A DNA stretch of 64,000 nt from Myxococcota bacterium (GTDB lineage Bacteria; Myxococcota_A; SURF-8; G963663525): NCBI GenBank assembly GCA_963676915.2, contig CAXXVK010000035.1:64001-128000 (forward strand). The letters run 5' to 3'. The notes beneath the pieces were generated by a model. It worked only from the letters and a program-made list of their open reading frames with translations. It was not told the origin of the DNA and searched no databases. Positions 1-11,200 of the stretch are shown here, in pieces. Numbering within the stretch: position 1 is the stretch's first letter; every line of letters starts with the position of its first letter. The position numbers were made by a program, and so were the translations under genes.

Positions 1-2
1 TC

Positions 3-632
3 TGCTCGAATTCCTGCACGTCGGATGCAGATTGCTCCGACGACGATTCCACGGGTTGCTGTTCCCTGGAGGTTTGGGACGAACAAAGCGCAAGTACCCA
101 GAAATATTGCCATTATTTCTGCGAACAAAACGATTCTTCCAGCGGTTTCGGAACACCTTGCAAGGACAATCCAAGCGTGTGTCTGTCTTCGCAGTCCTGC
201 TTGTCCGACGACGAATTGGACATCAGTTTCTGTACCCTTCCCTGTGAAAACCTGGGAGATTGTCCCGCCGGAACCTGCTGTGTCATTCTTAGCGACACCG
301 ATGCCTATTGCGCTCCGGCGACCTACTGCGAGGATGTGGAGGTGGAAGCTCCCGACCAGACGCCTTCCACCGATGGCGAACTTTCCGAGAGAGCCTGCTC
401 CGGGTATTTGACCCATTGCAACGGAGCATTGGAAACCTATTTCAATACCGAACAATGCCGCAAAGATCTGGAATGCCTGGAAACCAATGCGGATTGGAGT
501 TGCTCCAGCGCGGTGAGCAAGTACATGCGATGTCTGGCCGAAGCATCGAACGTCTATCTCTGTCTCGATTGCGCAGAAGAATTTTCGGCGGCAACAGAGG
601 ATTGCGACGTCCCGGAAGCTTGTGCGAAATAG
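3..632 (+). CDS. Cys-rich protein, 3' part (5' end outside window)
   Basis: Frame of ORF 177..632 is open back to base 3 (CSNSCTSDADCSDDDSTGCC...); Cys/acidic composition like other Cys-rich proteins here; TAG at 630-632. Confidence 0.8.
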   Translation, partial: CSNSCTSDADCSDDDSTGCCSLEVWDEQSASTQKYCHYFCEQNDSSSGFGTPCKDNPSVCLSSQSCLSDDELDISFCTLPCENLGDCPAGTCCVILSDTDAYCAPATYCEDVEVEAPDQTPSTDGELSERACSGYLTHCNGALETYFNTEQCRKDLECLETNADWSCSSAVSKYMRCLAEASNVYLCLDCAEEFSAATEDCDVPEACAK

Positions 633-664
633 CGGGAGATACACTTGTAACCTACTGAAATTAT

Positions 665-735
665 AGAGGTTGGGTAATTTTGCCCAACACGGGAAAACAT
701 TTTCGAAAATTGTCGGGTGAAATCACCCGACCGAC
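665..735. repeat. REP doublet (REPIN), family A, left unit degenerate
   Basis: AGAGGTTGGGTAATTTTGCCCAAC + spacer ending TTCGAAAATT + GTCGGGTGAAATCACCCGACCGAC; same spacer end at 57952-57974 and 63817-63839. Confidence 0.8.
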
Positions 736-806
736 TATTCTTCTTTCGTGATACCTGTTGTTCTCATCTTTTTTCAAATTCGAGCCACTCTGCGTAATTC
801 ATCCCA

Positions 807-988
807 TAGCCCGCATACTTCATGAGGATCGTAGCGAGACGCCGAAAACCGAAGAACTTTCATGAAGTTGGAGTGATTTTTTAACGGAAGCAACCTTGAC
901 AGGTTGTTGAGGTTAAAAAAATCGGGAAACGAATGAAAGATCAAGAGTTTTCAAGTCGTAGGTGATTCTTCATGAATTATGCGGGTTA
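807..988 (-). mobile_element. ~181-bp fold-back repeat (MITE/ERIC-like), copy 1, inverted relative to copies 2 and 3
   Basis: TAGCCCGCATACTTCATGA...TCATGAATTATGCGGGTTA termini; reverse complement aligns along its length with 21799-21979 and 54230-54411. Confidence 0.8.
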
Positions 989-1053
989 GGAAAACTTGTC
1001 ACCTGCCGGTGCTTGTGGAAGAATGCCGGAAATATTGTGACGAGGAGTCGAAC

Positions 1054-1926
1054 ATGGGAAAACTCAGCGATCAAAGAATTCTGATAACGGGCTGTTCCAC
1101 GGGCATCGGACGTCATCTGGCGTTGGATTTCGCCAAGGCCGGGCATCGTGTGTTTGCCACGGCGAGGCGATTGGAGAGCATTGAGGATCTGAAGGGCGAC
1201 CGTATCGAGATCCTGCCGTTGGATGTAACCGACGAAGCCTCCATGAAAGGGGCGGTCGAGGAAATGGTTCGGCGTGTCGGTGGCGTGGATATGGTGGTAA
1301 ACAATGCCGGTTTCGGGTTGATGGGACCGGTCGCCGAGTTGGATCTTGACGATATTCGGCGGCAGTTCGAAACCAATGTGGTGGGTCCGATTGCCCTGAT
1401 TCAGCTTGTATTGCCGTATATGGTCGAAGCCGGGAAAGGCCGAATCGTCAATATCGGTAGTGTGTCCGGCATTACCACCGCTCCTTATGGCGGTGCTTAC
1501 AGTGCTTCCAAGGCAGCGCTTCATTTGTTCAGCGAAGCCTTACGAATGGAAGTGGCGCCGTTCGGGGTGGATGTGATCGTCGTGCAACCCGGCGGAATTC
1601 AATCGGATTTCGGGAAAACGGCGGCAAGCCTGATCGAGCGGTTCGGCAAAAAAGGAAGCCTGTACGAACACGGGATGGAAGGCATCGAAGCCCGGGCGAA
1701 GATGTCCCAGAAAATCTCCACGCCGGTACAGGAATTCACCGCGAAAACCGTGGATGCGGTGATGAGAACGCCCGCGCCATACGTCTTTCGAGCCGGATAC
1801 GGATCGTTGCTGTTGCCGACGATTCGTTGGTTGTTGCCGACCGGTGCCCGCAATCGTTTGCTCGGGCGCAAGTTCAAGCTCGATAAATTGCAAGAAACGA
1901 CACCGACTGCGACGGAAAAATCATGA
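1054..1926 (+). CDS. SDR family NAD(P)-dependent oxidoreductase
   Basis: TGCSTGIG cofactor motif, NNAG, YSASK catalytic motif; start moved to ATG 1054 after GAGGAG RBS. Confidence 0.95.
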   Translation: MGKLSDQRILITGCSTGIGRHLALDFAKAGHRVFATARRLESIEDLKGDRIEILPLDVTDEASMKGAVEEMVRRVGGVDMVVNNAGFGLMGPVAELDLDDIRRQFETNVVGPIALIQLVLPYMVEAGKGRIVNIGSVSGITTAPYGGAYSASKAALHLFSEALRMEVAPFGVDVIVVQPGGIQSDFGKTAASLIERFGKKGSLYEHGMEGIEARAKMSQKISTPVQEFTAKTVDAVMRTPAPYVFRAGYGSLLLPTIRWLLPTGARNRLLGRKFKLDKLQETTPTATEKS

Positions 1927-3890
1927 CGTTGTTTCCTGTAAAAGAAAACGGCCTCGTCGATAGCTACAGCACCGAAACGAAACGTTTCGAAACCTGGCTC
2001 ATCACCGAGGTGATCGCCGGGGGAAAAAAGATTCGCGCCGAGGCGAAAAACGGCAAGCAGGTGGTGTTGTCATCCTCCAAAATCAGCAAGAACTTCATAA
2101 CCTTTCTCCCGAATACGAGTTTCGACGCCTTTGAACGCAGTCTCGACGACATTCGGGGTACGCTGACCGAGGACGATCTAGAACTGCTCTGGGAGAGCCT
2201 GAAGCCGGAAGGCGACGAGGCGACGGCGGAACATTCGCTGCAAGATCTTGCCGCCGAACTCTGGGGGGAGACTTCGGAGCCGGTTCATTTGTCGGCGCTT
2301 GCACGCGCCTTGCTGGACGATGAAAACGGGCGTTTCGTTTGGCAGAAAGGGAATTTCCAGGTTTTGGGGGAAGAGCGCCTGAAGCAACTGGAATTGGAAA
2401 AGGAGCGCCAGGAGCGGGAACGCATCGAGCGGGAAAAACCGCTGAAATTGGCCCAAAACTGGATCGACCTCATTCGTCGTCCGATCCAGGATTCCCCGCC
2501 GGAAGAGGTCCGGGATCTGATGCAGGCGTTGTGTGAGTATGCCGCCTTTCCCGAATCTCGTATAGATAGGAAATCCCTGGAATTTCAGGCACTTTGTCAG
2601 TGGCAGGGGGGAGAATTCCGATCCGGCGACGCGACCCGGCTTTATTGTCGTCTGCGCTTGGATCAGGAACCGGAAGCGTCGTTCGCCGAACGCTACTGGG
2701 ATGCGCTGGCCTTGCACGACGATTTCGAAGATGTCGTCCTGGAAGACATGGACAGGGTACGGAAGGAGTCGGAGAATCTCGACGAGAACCGTGAGGATTT
2801 ACGGGATCTTGCCTCCTTTAGTATCGACGATGAAACCACCCGCGATTACGACGACGCCCTTTCCTGGGATGCCGAACGTCTGTACGTGCATATCGCCGAT
2901 GCCGCGTCGATGCTCTCCGAGGATTCGCCGCTGTTTCGGGAAGCTTTTCGGCGTTCGGTGACGTTGTACTGGCCCGACCGCAAATTTCCCATGTTTCCCC
3001 AGAAACTCAGCGAGGGAATCTGGTCGCTGAAACGAGGTGAAGACCGCCGGGCGATCAGCTTCGTATTTTTCCGGGAAGAGGAAGGCTACAGCCTGGAAAA
3101 GATCGTTCCTTCGTGGGTTCGAATTCGAGAAAACCTGAGTTATTCCGAGGTGGAAGAGAAACGCGGTACGGCGTTTTCTCCACTCGACGAGCAAGGGTAC
3201 GCTCATCTTTCGTCGTGGGTCGAGCGACAAATGGCCGCTCGAAAAGTTTTTCATCGGGACATCCCCGAGGTGATTGTCAAAGTGGCGGAGGATGGGCGGA
3301 TTTCCGTCAAAGCCATCGACAAGCAATCGTTTGCGAGATCTCTTGTGTCGGAACTTATGCTGCTTACCGGCACGGAAGCCGCCGCATGGGCCAAAGATAA
3401 AATTTCCGATATGGTGTACCGGGTGCAGGATCGCCTAACCGACGGATTCCGCACCAAAGCGGCCTATTCGCTGGTGGCGGACGAGCACACGGCGATGGGC
3501 GGGTTGTATTGCCAGGTTACGTCTCCCATGCGTCGGGCGGTGGATCTGTGCAATCAATGGCAGCTTCTGGCCGCGTTGGGGCTTCGAGATCCGCTGGACA
3601 ACATTCGTTTGCAGCGTTTGGTCATGCAAATGCAACAGCGGATCGCACGGGCGAGGATGATCGAGGAAACGGTTGGAAAATACTGGAAAATCCGTTACCA
3701 CCTGCAAGAAGGATGCAAGCGTCTTCCCGCCCTGGTACTGCGTAGGGGCCGCATTGTTCTTTTGGAAAGCGGGCTGGATATGCGACTGGACGCCCCCGAT
3801 AACGCCGCACGAGTAGGTGCCAACCTCGACGTGGATGTGGACATCGCCGACGCGGAACGTTTCAAGGTTATTGCGACGCTTTCGGAGTAG
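1923..3890 (+). CDS. RNB domain exoribonuclease (RNase II/R family)
   Basis: SIDDETTRDYDDA catalytic motif, VHIAD, YCQVTSPMRRAVDL; ATGA overlap with SDR stop. Confidence 0.9.
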   Translation: MTLFPVKENGLVDSYSTETKRFETWLITEVIAGGKKIRAEAKNGKQVVLSSSKISKNFITFLPNTSFDAFERSLDDIRGTLTEDDLELLWESLKPEGDEATAEHSLQDLAAELWGETSEPVHLSALARALLDDENGRFVWQKGNFQVLGEERLKQLELEKERQERERIEREKPLKLAQNWIDLIRRPIQDSPPEEVRDLMQALCEYAAFPESRIDRKSLEFQALCQWQGGEFRSGDATRLYCRLRLDQEPEASFAERYWDALALHDDFEDVVLEDMDRVRKESENLDENREDLRDLASFSIDDETTRDYDDALSWDAERLYVHIADAASMLSEDSPLFREAFRRSVTLYWPDRKFPMFPQKLSEGIWSLKRGEDRRAISFVFFREEEGYSLEKIVPSWVRIRENLSYSEVEEKRGTAFSPLDEQGYAHLSSWVERQMAARKVFHRDIPEVIVKVAEDGRISVKAIDKQSFARSLVSELMLLTGTEAAAWAKDKISDMVYRVQDRLTDGFRTKAAYSLVADEHTAMGGLYCQVTSPMRRAVDLCNQWQLLAALGLRDPLDNIRLQRLVMQMQQRIARARMIEETVGKYWKIRYHLQEGCKRLPALVLRRGRIVLLESGLDMRLDAPDNAARVGANLDVDVDIADAERFKVIATLSE

Positions 3891-4722
3891 CGGCTGGTTC
3901 GTTGGGGGAGTGTTTCGTTACCGAGCAAGCCGAAGAAAAAAAGCGGATTTCCATTTCGTGTTGGGGCCAGTGGTTCAATTCCCGAAGAATTTCGGGTGGT
4001 AAATAGGGAATGACGGTTCGTAACACCCTCCGAGGGTCTGGCGAGAAGCGCTGGTCGAAAACCTCCCCATAGCGCCGAAACCACGAAGAAAAATACAAAA
4101 CGCCTTTTTCCTGGGATTCCCGGCAGACGATGTCCGGTCGCGAAAGCAGCCGATACGCGGATTGTTCGAGGGCTGAATCAAGGTTTTTCGGAGAAAAGTA
4201 GATGGGTTGGGCGGGGATGGACCGTCCGTTGGGAAGTGCGGCGAGCACACGCCAGTCTTGGGTTTCACGGGCCAAGGAGGCTCCCAATCGTGGAATGCCA
4301 ATGACTTCGTAAGCAAGAAAACGGAAGCGATTCCATTGAAAAAGAAACCATTCCTTTTGTGATTTCGGCATGTTGCGAAATGTCTTGCCGGCGATGAAAC
4401 GCAAGTTGGCGAGGTTGAGCAGGCAGGCGGTTCGCGCTTGGTGACGGGTTTCCTCTTTGCAACTCAATCGCCAGGCGTTTCGCTGCAATTCGTTCAGACG
4501 GTCCCGGTATCGGTTTGAGGCGTCCCGGTCGATGCGTCCCAAAGGTGTGACGATTCGTCCCGGAAGGTTACGAAACGACGCAGGATGAAGCGGTTTTTCC
4601 GAAGAATCGAGAAAAAAGGGAAGCTCGAAAAATTCTCCAGGAATCAGAAGAAACGATGCGACGAACCAGGCGAAACCCGTGAAAAGGAAAAATCCGATAG
4701 CTATGGAAACGATACGACGCAT
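3868..4722 (-). CDS. Hypothetical protein with N-terminal membrane anchor
   Basis: Long ORF; hydrophobic MRRIVSIAIGFFLFTGFAWFVASFLL segment suggests start 4722; no recognisable motif. Confidence 0.6.
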   Translation of the reverse strand: MRRIVSIAIGFFLFTGFAWFVASFLLIPGEFFELPFFLDSSEKPLHPASFRNLPGRIVTPLGRIDRDASNRYRDRLNELQRNAWRLSCKEETRHQARTACLLNLANLRFIAGKTFRNMPKSQKEWFLFQWNRFRFLAYEVIGIPRLGASLARETQDWRVLAALPNGRSIPAQPIYFSPKNLDSALEQSAYRLLSRPDIVCRESQEKGVLYFSSWFRRYGEVFDQRFSPDPRRVLRTVIPYLPPEILRELNHWPQHEMEIRFFSSACSVTKHSPNEPAATPKASQ

Positions 4723-5272
4723 GGTCGAGGGGAAATTTCTCCGTAAATAAGTAGAAACCATCCGATAGTTTCGTCCATTTTTAGCACAAGAATGCGGAAC
4801 AAGAAAGAAGAGGGAGGAAAACCGGTGAACTTTCCGTTTTCCGCTTCGCAATAACATTGCGGTTTAATATTACTTAGTCTAAAAATATAAAAGAGGAAAT
4901 GGTTCTTGAAGTTCCGACTCTTCGAATCCGAATCCAGACGGTTGTGCTCGATACGTGCATTATTTGCGAGCCATGACTTTTTTTTCGTGTCTGACGGGAG
5001 GAAATTCGAAAGAGTGAATCATGCCGCGATTCCGTAGGGGAGAAGTTTTCGTTGAATGAATGGAAAATTCTCGAAAACGACCGATTTAACCTGCCGGAAT
5101 CAAAGAACTTTTTCCTGTTAAAACGCATATTTTTGTTAAAAAGTGTCCACGGAGCGAAAATCGTTCCGTCTAAGGATATTTAGGCCGGATTCTTGCGACT
5201 GTAAAAAGTGGGGATTCGTTCGCTTTGAAACTAAATATTCGCAACAACTATCCAAGGTTCGTGGAGGTTCTC

Positions 5273-8200
5273 ATGTTGCGCCGACTAGGCTTGATCACCT
5301 GCCTGCTGTTCTCGTTTGTCTTATGGTCCTGCGAAGGAGATTTATCCGACGCTGTGGGGGATATCGATATCGATCTCGATACCGAAATCGATTGGCCCGA
5401 AATCGATATCAATCCCGACAAGGATGTCGAAGAAATTCCCGATGTCGATGTCGATGACTCTACCGATGTCGATGTGGATCCGGATGTCGATCCCGATCTC
5501 CAGGATACGGACGAGATTGTCGACGTGGACGACGATGGGGACGACGACCTCGATACGGATGAGGTCGCCGACGAGGATGTCATCGAAACGCAGGGTTGCG
5601 GTCAATTGCAGGTACCGGAAACCTTTACGTTCCAGAGCGCAACCGTCGGTCAGATCGCCAGCGGGCTTATAGAAATCACGAACCAGCCCAGCGAAGGCAG
5701 CAACGGTCCGACCGTACAAGCGACGCAATTCGAATTTCTGGAGAATCCCCAGAGCGTGTTCAGTATTATGAACGTTCCGCCGGTCAACCTGCCCTCGCAG
5801 ACGAGCACGAGCCTCAACGTGATCTGCCTGATGACCATGCCGGGGCAATACACCGGACGCCTGAAAGTGACTTTCGGTCCCATGGCCTGCGAAAACAGCC
5901 GGACGGCCGAAATCGAACTGGTCTGCAATAGCGAAATGGCGATCCTGCACACTCATCCCAAGGTGATCGAGTTCGGTTACGTTCCCCAGGGAACCTCCGA
6001 AACCATCGAAATCGCCATTGCCAATCAGGGAACGCTGAACCTCTCCATTTACAGTGAACCGAGTGTGGAATCCGCCGTGGAGGGAGTGTTTACCCTCGTT
6101 TCCGATACCGAGCACCCCTCGGTCAACGGCAGTACCATCGAAATGGGCAACGCGGTGGTTGTCTCCATTCGTTTCCAACCCCCGGAAGCCACGTACTATC
6201 ACGGAGCCTTGGTCGTCGAGACGAATGACAGCCAACTGGCTCTGGGAAGCACCGACGGACACGGTTTCTACCGTATCCCGTTGATCGGTCGCGGTATTTT
6301 CAATTGTCCTGAAGGCTACACGCACCAGGGAAAAACCTGCCTCCAAACCAACACGAGCGGCGTGGTGACGGGCTGCATTCCCGGAACCCGAAAATGCTCG
6401 GACGAAGGCGAAGCCTATCAGGTTTGCAAAGACGACGGAACCGGCTGGGAAGCGGACACGTTCTGCGACGAAGGCATGGAGTGTCTCAATGGGGCTTGTT
6501 TGTGGCAACTTTGCGAACCGGGTGTACGACGCTGTGCCGGTGTGGTCGAATACACTTGTCTCGAAAACGGCATGGAATACAATGGCGGGACGGTCTGCCG
6601 CGACACCAATTTCTGCACCGAAGACACCTGCGAGTGGGGCAAAGTTCCCTCGTGTCAGTATACGCAAGTGGGCGAAAGCCTTTGTGACGATGTGAACCCC
6701 TGCACCGTTCACGTTTGCGACCCGATCGACGGCTGTCTGTTGGACGATGCCGCGACCGAAGCGCTTAACGACACCCCCTGCGGAGATCAGGAAAATCAGT
6801 GCATCGGAACTTCGTTGTGCAAAAGCGGGGTTTGTCAGGCGGGCGATCCGGTCGATTGCGACGATAACAACCCCTGTACAATCGACGATTGCGATCCTCA
6901 AGGCGGTTGTACCCACGAGTTGCAGAACGTTTCCTGCAACGATCTGAACGCCTGTACCAACTTCGACCGCTGCAAGCAGGCCCTGTCGTTTTTCTGTGAG
7001 GGACAGACGGTGCCCTGCGATCCGGAAGAAGCGCAGCCCTGTTCGGACGGAACGCGCTGTATCCAAGCGCTGGGACCGGTATGTGTCGGCCAGGAAGTCG
7101 TTTGCGACGATGGAATTTTCTGCACGGCGGATTCCTGTGATTCCGACTTTGGATGTAAATTCGAAGCTCGCGTGGATGAAACCTGCGACGACGGGAACAA
7201 CTGCACCACAAACGATCACTGTACCGAAGCCAAAACCTGCGTGGGTGAAGCGGTGGTCTTTGCCGACGATGGAAAATGGTGCAACGGTACGGAAATCTGC
7301 GATCCCGAAACGGGTGAGGAAGGTCACATCAACGTGCCCGATTGCGACGACGGCATTCGTTGCACGAGCGATGTCTGCGACCCGACGTTGGACGAATGCG
7401 TCAGCACACCCACCGAAAACTATTGCGACGATCTCGGCGAGTGCATGAATTCCACCTGCGACGCCGAGTTGGGCTGCACTTACGAACCTGCAGACGACTA
7501 CACCACGTGCGACCGCTTCCCGGACATCGATGAGTTGTGTTTCGGCGGCGTGTGCGTACGGGTGGGATGTACCAACAACGCACAATGCGACGACGGACTG
7601 TCCTGCACGGTGGATGCCTGTCTACCCCGTGACGACGGCCAGCCGGGTTACATCTGTTCGAACATTCCCAACGATGCGCTTTGCGACGACGGGCAATGGT
7701 GCAATGGAACCGAAACCTGCGTTCCCGGTGCGGGTTGCACCGAGGCGTCGGTCCAGCCTGTGTGTAACGATGATATCTACTGCACCGAAGACCGCTGCAA
7801 CGAAGAACTGGATGCTTGCGAATTCACGCCGCTGCACGACCGCTGCGAGGATGACAGTGAATGCACCCTGGATGCCTGCGTGGAAGGAACGGGATGCACG
7901 CACGAACAGAAAGCGGAAGGTTCTCCCTGTGAAGACGGCAACTTGTGTACGCTCAACGAAGCCTGTTGGGGTGGTATCTGCCGCATCCAGGATGGCGTTG
8001 ATCCCGTATACGAAACCTGTGACGACGGCGAAATCTGTACGGAAGATTTCTGTAATCCGCTACTTGGATGCCAGTTCAGCAACAACACGGATCCCTGTGA
8101 CGATGAAAACGATTGCACGGTGCAGGATAGATGCTCGGGCGGAAGCTGTCGAGGCAACACCATCGATCCTTCCGATGGATTGGTTTGCAATGGCAGCGAA

Positions 8201-11200
8201 TATTGCGATGAATATGGAAACCTGACACGTGAACCGGTGGTGTGCGACGATTCCATTGCCTGTACGGTCAACAGCTGCGATGACTCCCTGGGTGGCTGCG
8301 TGTTCACACCCGATCATAGTCTCTGCGACGACGGAAACGATTGCACCGCAGATACCTGCGATCCCATACAAGGGTGCAAGTGGACAGCCGTTGGAGATTA
8401 TGCGCCTTGTTCCACAACGGATGGCATTGGCGAGGTCTGCATTGCCGGAGTCTGCACGGCGCGTTGCGATATCGGCGATGCCTGCAACGACGGAAAATCC
8501 TGTACGGTCGATTCCTGCGACCCCGCGACGGGCACCTGCTCCCACCTGCGGAACGATCAATTCTGCCTGGATCTCGATACCAGTTATTGCGATGGCGATG
8601 ACGTGTGCCTGCCCACGGCTGCGGGAGCCGATTCCACGACGGGTTGCATAGCCAGCGGAACGCGGGACTGCGATGACGGCATCGAATGCACCGTGGATTC
8701 CTGTAATGAAACCTCAGGGTGTGTCAACAGTGTCAGTTCTGCGTTGTGCAACGACGACAACTCCTGTACAGGCGATGTCTGCAACCGTGACGTGGGTTGT
8801 ATCCACAACCAGTTGGATCAGGTCGCTTGTATCAACGACGAACCCTGTTCCGAACCTAACGGTGTCTGTCAGGCCGGGATTTGCATCTCAGAAGTGACCG
8901 ACTGCAACGACGACAATCCCTGTACCGCCAACACCTGTGACGAAGAGGATGGCTGCCTTACGGAAGAATTGCCCAATGGAACCTATTGCGGGTCCGACAA
9001 CGATCAGCCGATGACCTGCCTCAACGGCGTCTGCGTCGTTCGCTGTACGAATGATGATCAATGCCTGCAATCGGACAATCCCTGCGTGGTCGGTGAATGC
9101 GATCAGCAGACGAGTCGATGCATCCTGGTCGCCAATGATTCCTTGTGCGACGACGGTCAGTATTGCAACGGTGTTGAAACCTGCGATCTGGAAGAAGGAT
9201 GCGTCAACGGCACGCCGATCGACTGCCCCGACAGCTCGGAATGTGCGCTGGGAATCTGTGACGAAGAAGTCGACGCCTGCAAGATCGATTTGCGACACGA
9301 CTGGTGCGACGACTTCAAGGTTTGTACCACCGATATCTGCGACATAGATGAAGGATGCCAGTATTCACCCAACGACAACCCCTGTGACGACGAAGACATC
9401 TGCACCATCAACGATCAATGCTCGGAGGGTGAATGTTCCGGCGAACCGAACCCCTGTGACGACGGAAACGCCTGTACGACCGGAACCTGCCAGGCCGGGG
9501 TTGGCTGCGTGTACCAGCCGGTGGATTGCAACGACGACAACATCTGCACCTACGATTTCTGCAACCCGTACGATACCGATGGTGACGGGTGCTATTACGA
9601 AGAAAACAACCTGCCCTGCGACGATGAAAACATCTGTACGTCCGGGGATTTCTGCTCGGGTGGCGAATGTGTCGGCACGGGAACGACCGATTGTTCCGAC
9701 GGCAACGAATGCACCGAAGATTTTTGTGTGGCGGGTACGGGATGCAGTCGAACGAACGTTCAGGACGGCACGCCCTGCGGCGACCCGGATTCCTACGATC
9801 GTTGCCATAACGGCTTGTGCGTCAGTCCCTGTGAAAGCGACGGGGAGTGCGACGACGGCCTGGAGTGCACCGTGGATGTCTGCGATCTGGAGCTGTTTAT
9901 CTGTACCTATATCCCCAACAGCGAAGCCGGTGGTCCTTGCGATGACGGACAATTCTGTAACGGCATCGAGATCTGCCAGCCGGGTGTAGGTTGCGTGGCG
10001 GGCGAGGTTCCCACCTGCGAAGACGAGTTCGAGTGCACCGAAGATATGTGCAGCCCGACCGAGAATGAATGTGTCCATCTCCCCATGAATCATTTATGCG
10101 ACGATGGAAACATCTGCACCGAAAACCAGTGCAATCCCGACAACGGAGGCTGCGAGGCGCTACCTATCGAAGGGCGACGTTGCAGCGATGGTGAGATCTG
10201 CACCGTGGACGACGTTTGCAACGATCAGGGAGTCTGTGAAGGTGTCCAGCGCGTTTGCGACGACTCCAATTCCTGTACGAACGACTACTGCAGCCCGGGA
10301 TTCGGCTGTCGCAACAATTACCTTGCCAATGGTACGGATTGCGGTGATTTCGGAGATGGTCAGTGCTACGGCGGAATCTGCCTGTATCCCTGTGGCCCCG
10401 ATGGCGAATGCACGAGGGAGTTCGAGTGTACCCAGGTCTCGTGCAACACCGATACGAATCTTTGCGAGGTTACGCTCGATCACGAATTCTGCGACGACGG
10501 ATTTTATTGCAATGGTGAAGAAATATGCAGCTCGACGCTCGGTTGCGTCTCCGGGATGGAGGTTGTGTGCGACGATGGCGCGGATTGCTCGTACGATTAC
10601 TGCGACGAGGAAACCGACCAGTGCCGCAACGATATAATTCCACTCGCTTGCGACGACCACAATCCCTGTACCGTGGACGAATGCCTGCCCTATGTGGGTT
10701 GCCAGAACGACGAAATTCTGGTCGGGGAAGCCTGCGAAGACGGAAATGTCTGCACGACGGGGGAGATTTGCGACGAGCAAGGCGTTTGCCGTGCGGAAGG
10801 CGACGGTATTTGCGACGACGACAATCCCTGCACCGTGGATACCTGCGATCCTCTCTACGCCGACTGCTACTATGCCGTGGTCGGAGATGGAACGGAATGC
10901 GACGACGAAGACCTTTGCACGGTGAGCGACATGTGCTCCCAGGGATTGTGTCTTGGCGTCCCGCGAAACTGCGACGATCAGAACGAATGTAGCGCGGATA
11001 GTTGCGATTCCGAAACCGGCTGTGTCAACGAAATCATTTTCAACAAGCCTTGCGACGATCAGGACGGCTGTACATCCGGGACGTTGTGCTTCCTTTCCGG
11101 TGAAAACGTTCCGACATGCGGTCGAGGAAACGAAACGGATTGCGACGATGGGAACCCCTGTACGGTGGATACTTGCGATTCCGCGCTGGGATGTTCCAAC

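Noticed and set aside
979-1053. ORF-track N-terminal extensions (SDR 979, giant 5225, ACAD 25003, 63010 etc.)
   Set aside because: They run into repeats or promoters; downstream starts have RBS and fit domain or signal-peptide boundaries
4723-5272. Riboswitch or ncRNA in the long AT-rich leader of the giant gene
   Set aside because: Only an isolated hairpin (~4826-4852); no recognisable aptamer consensus
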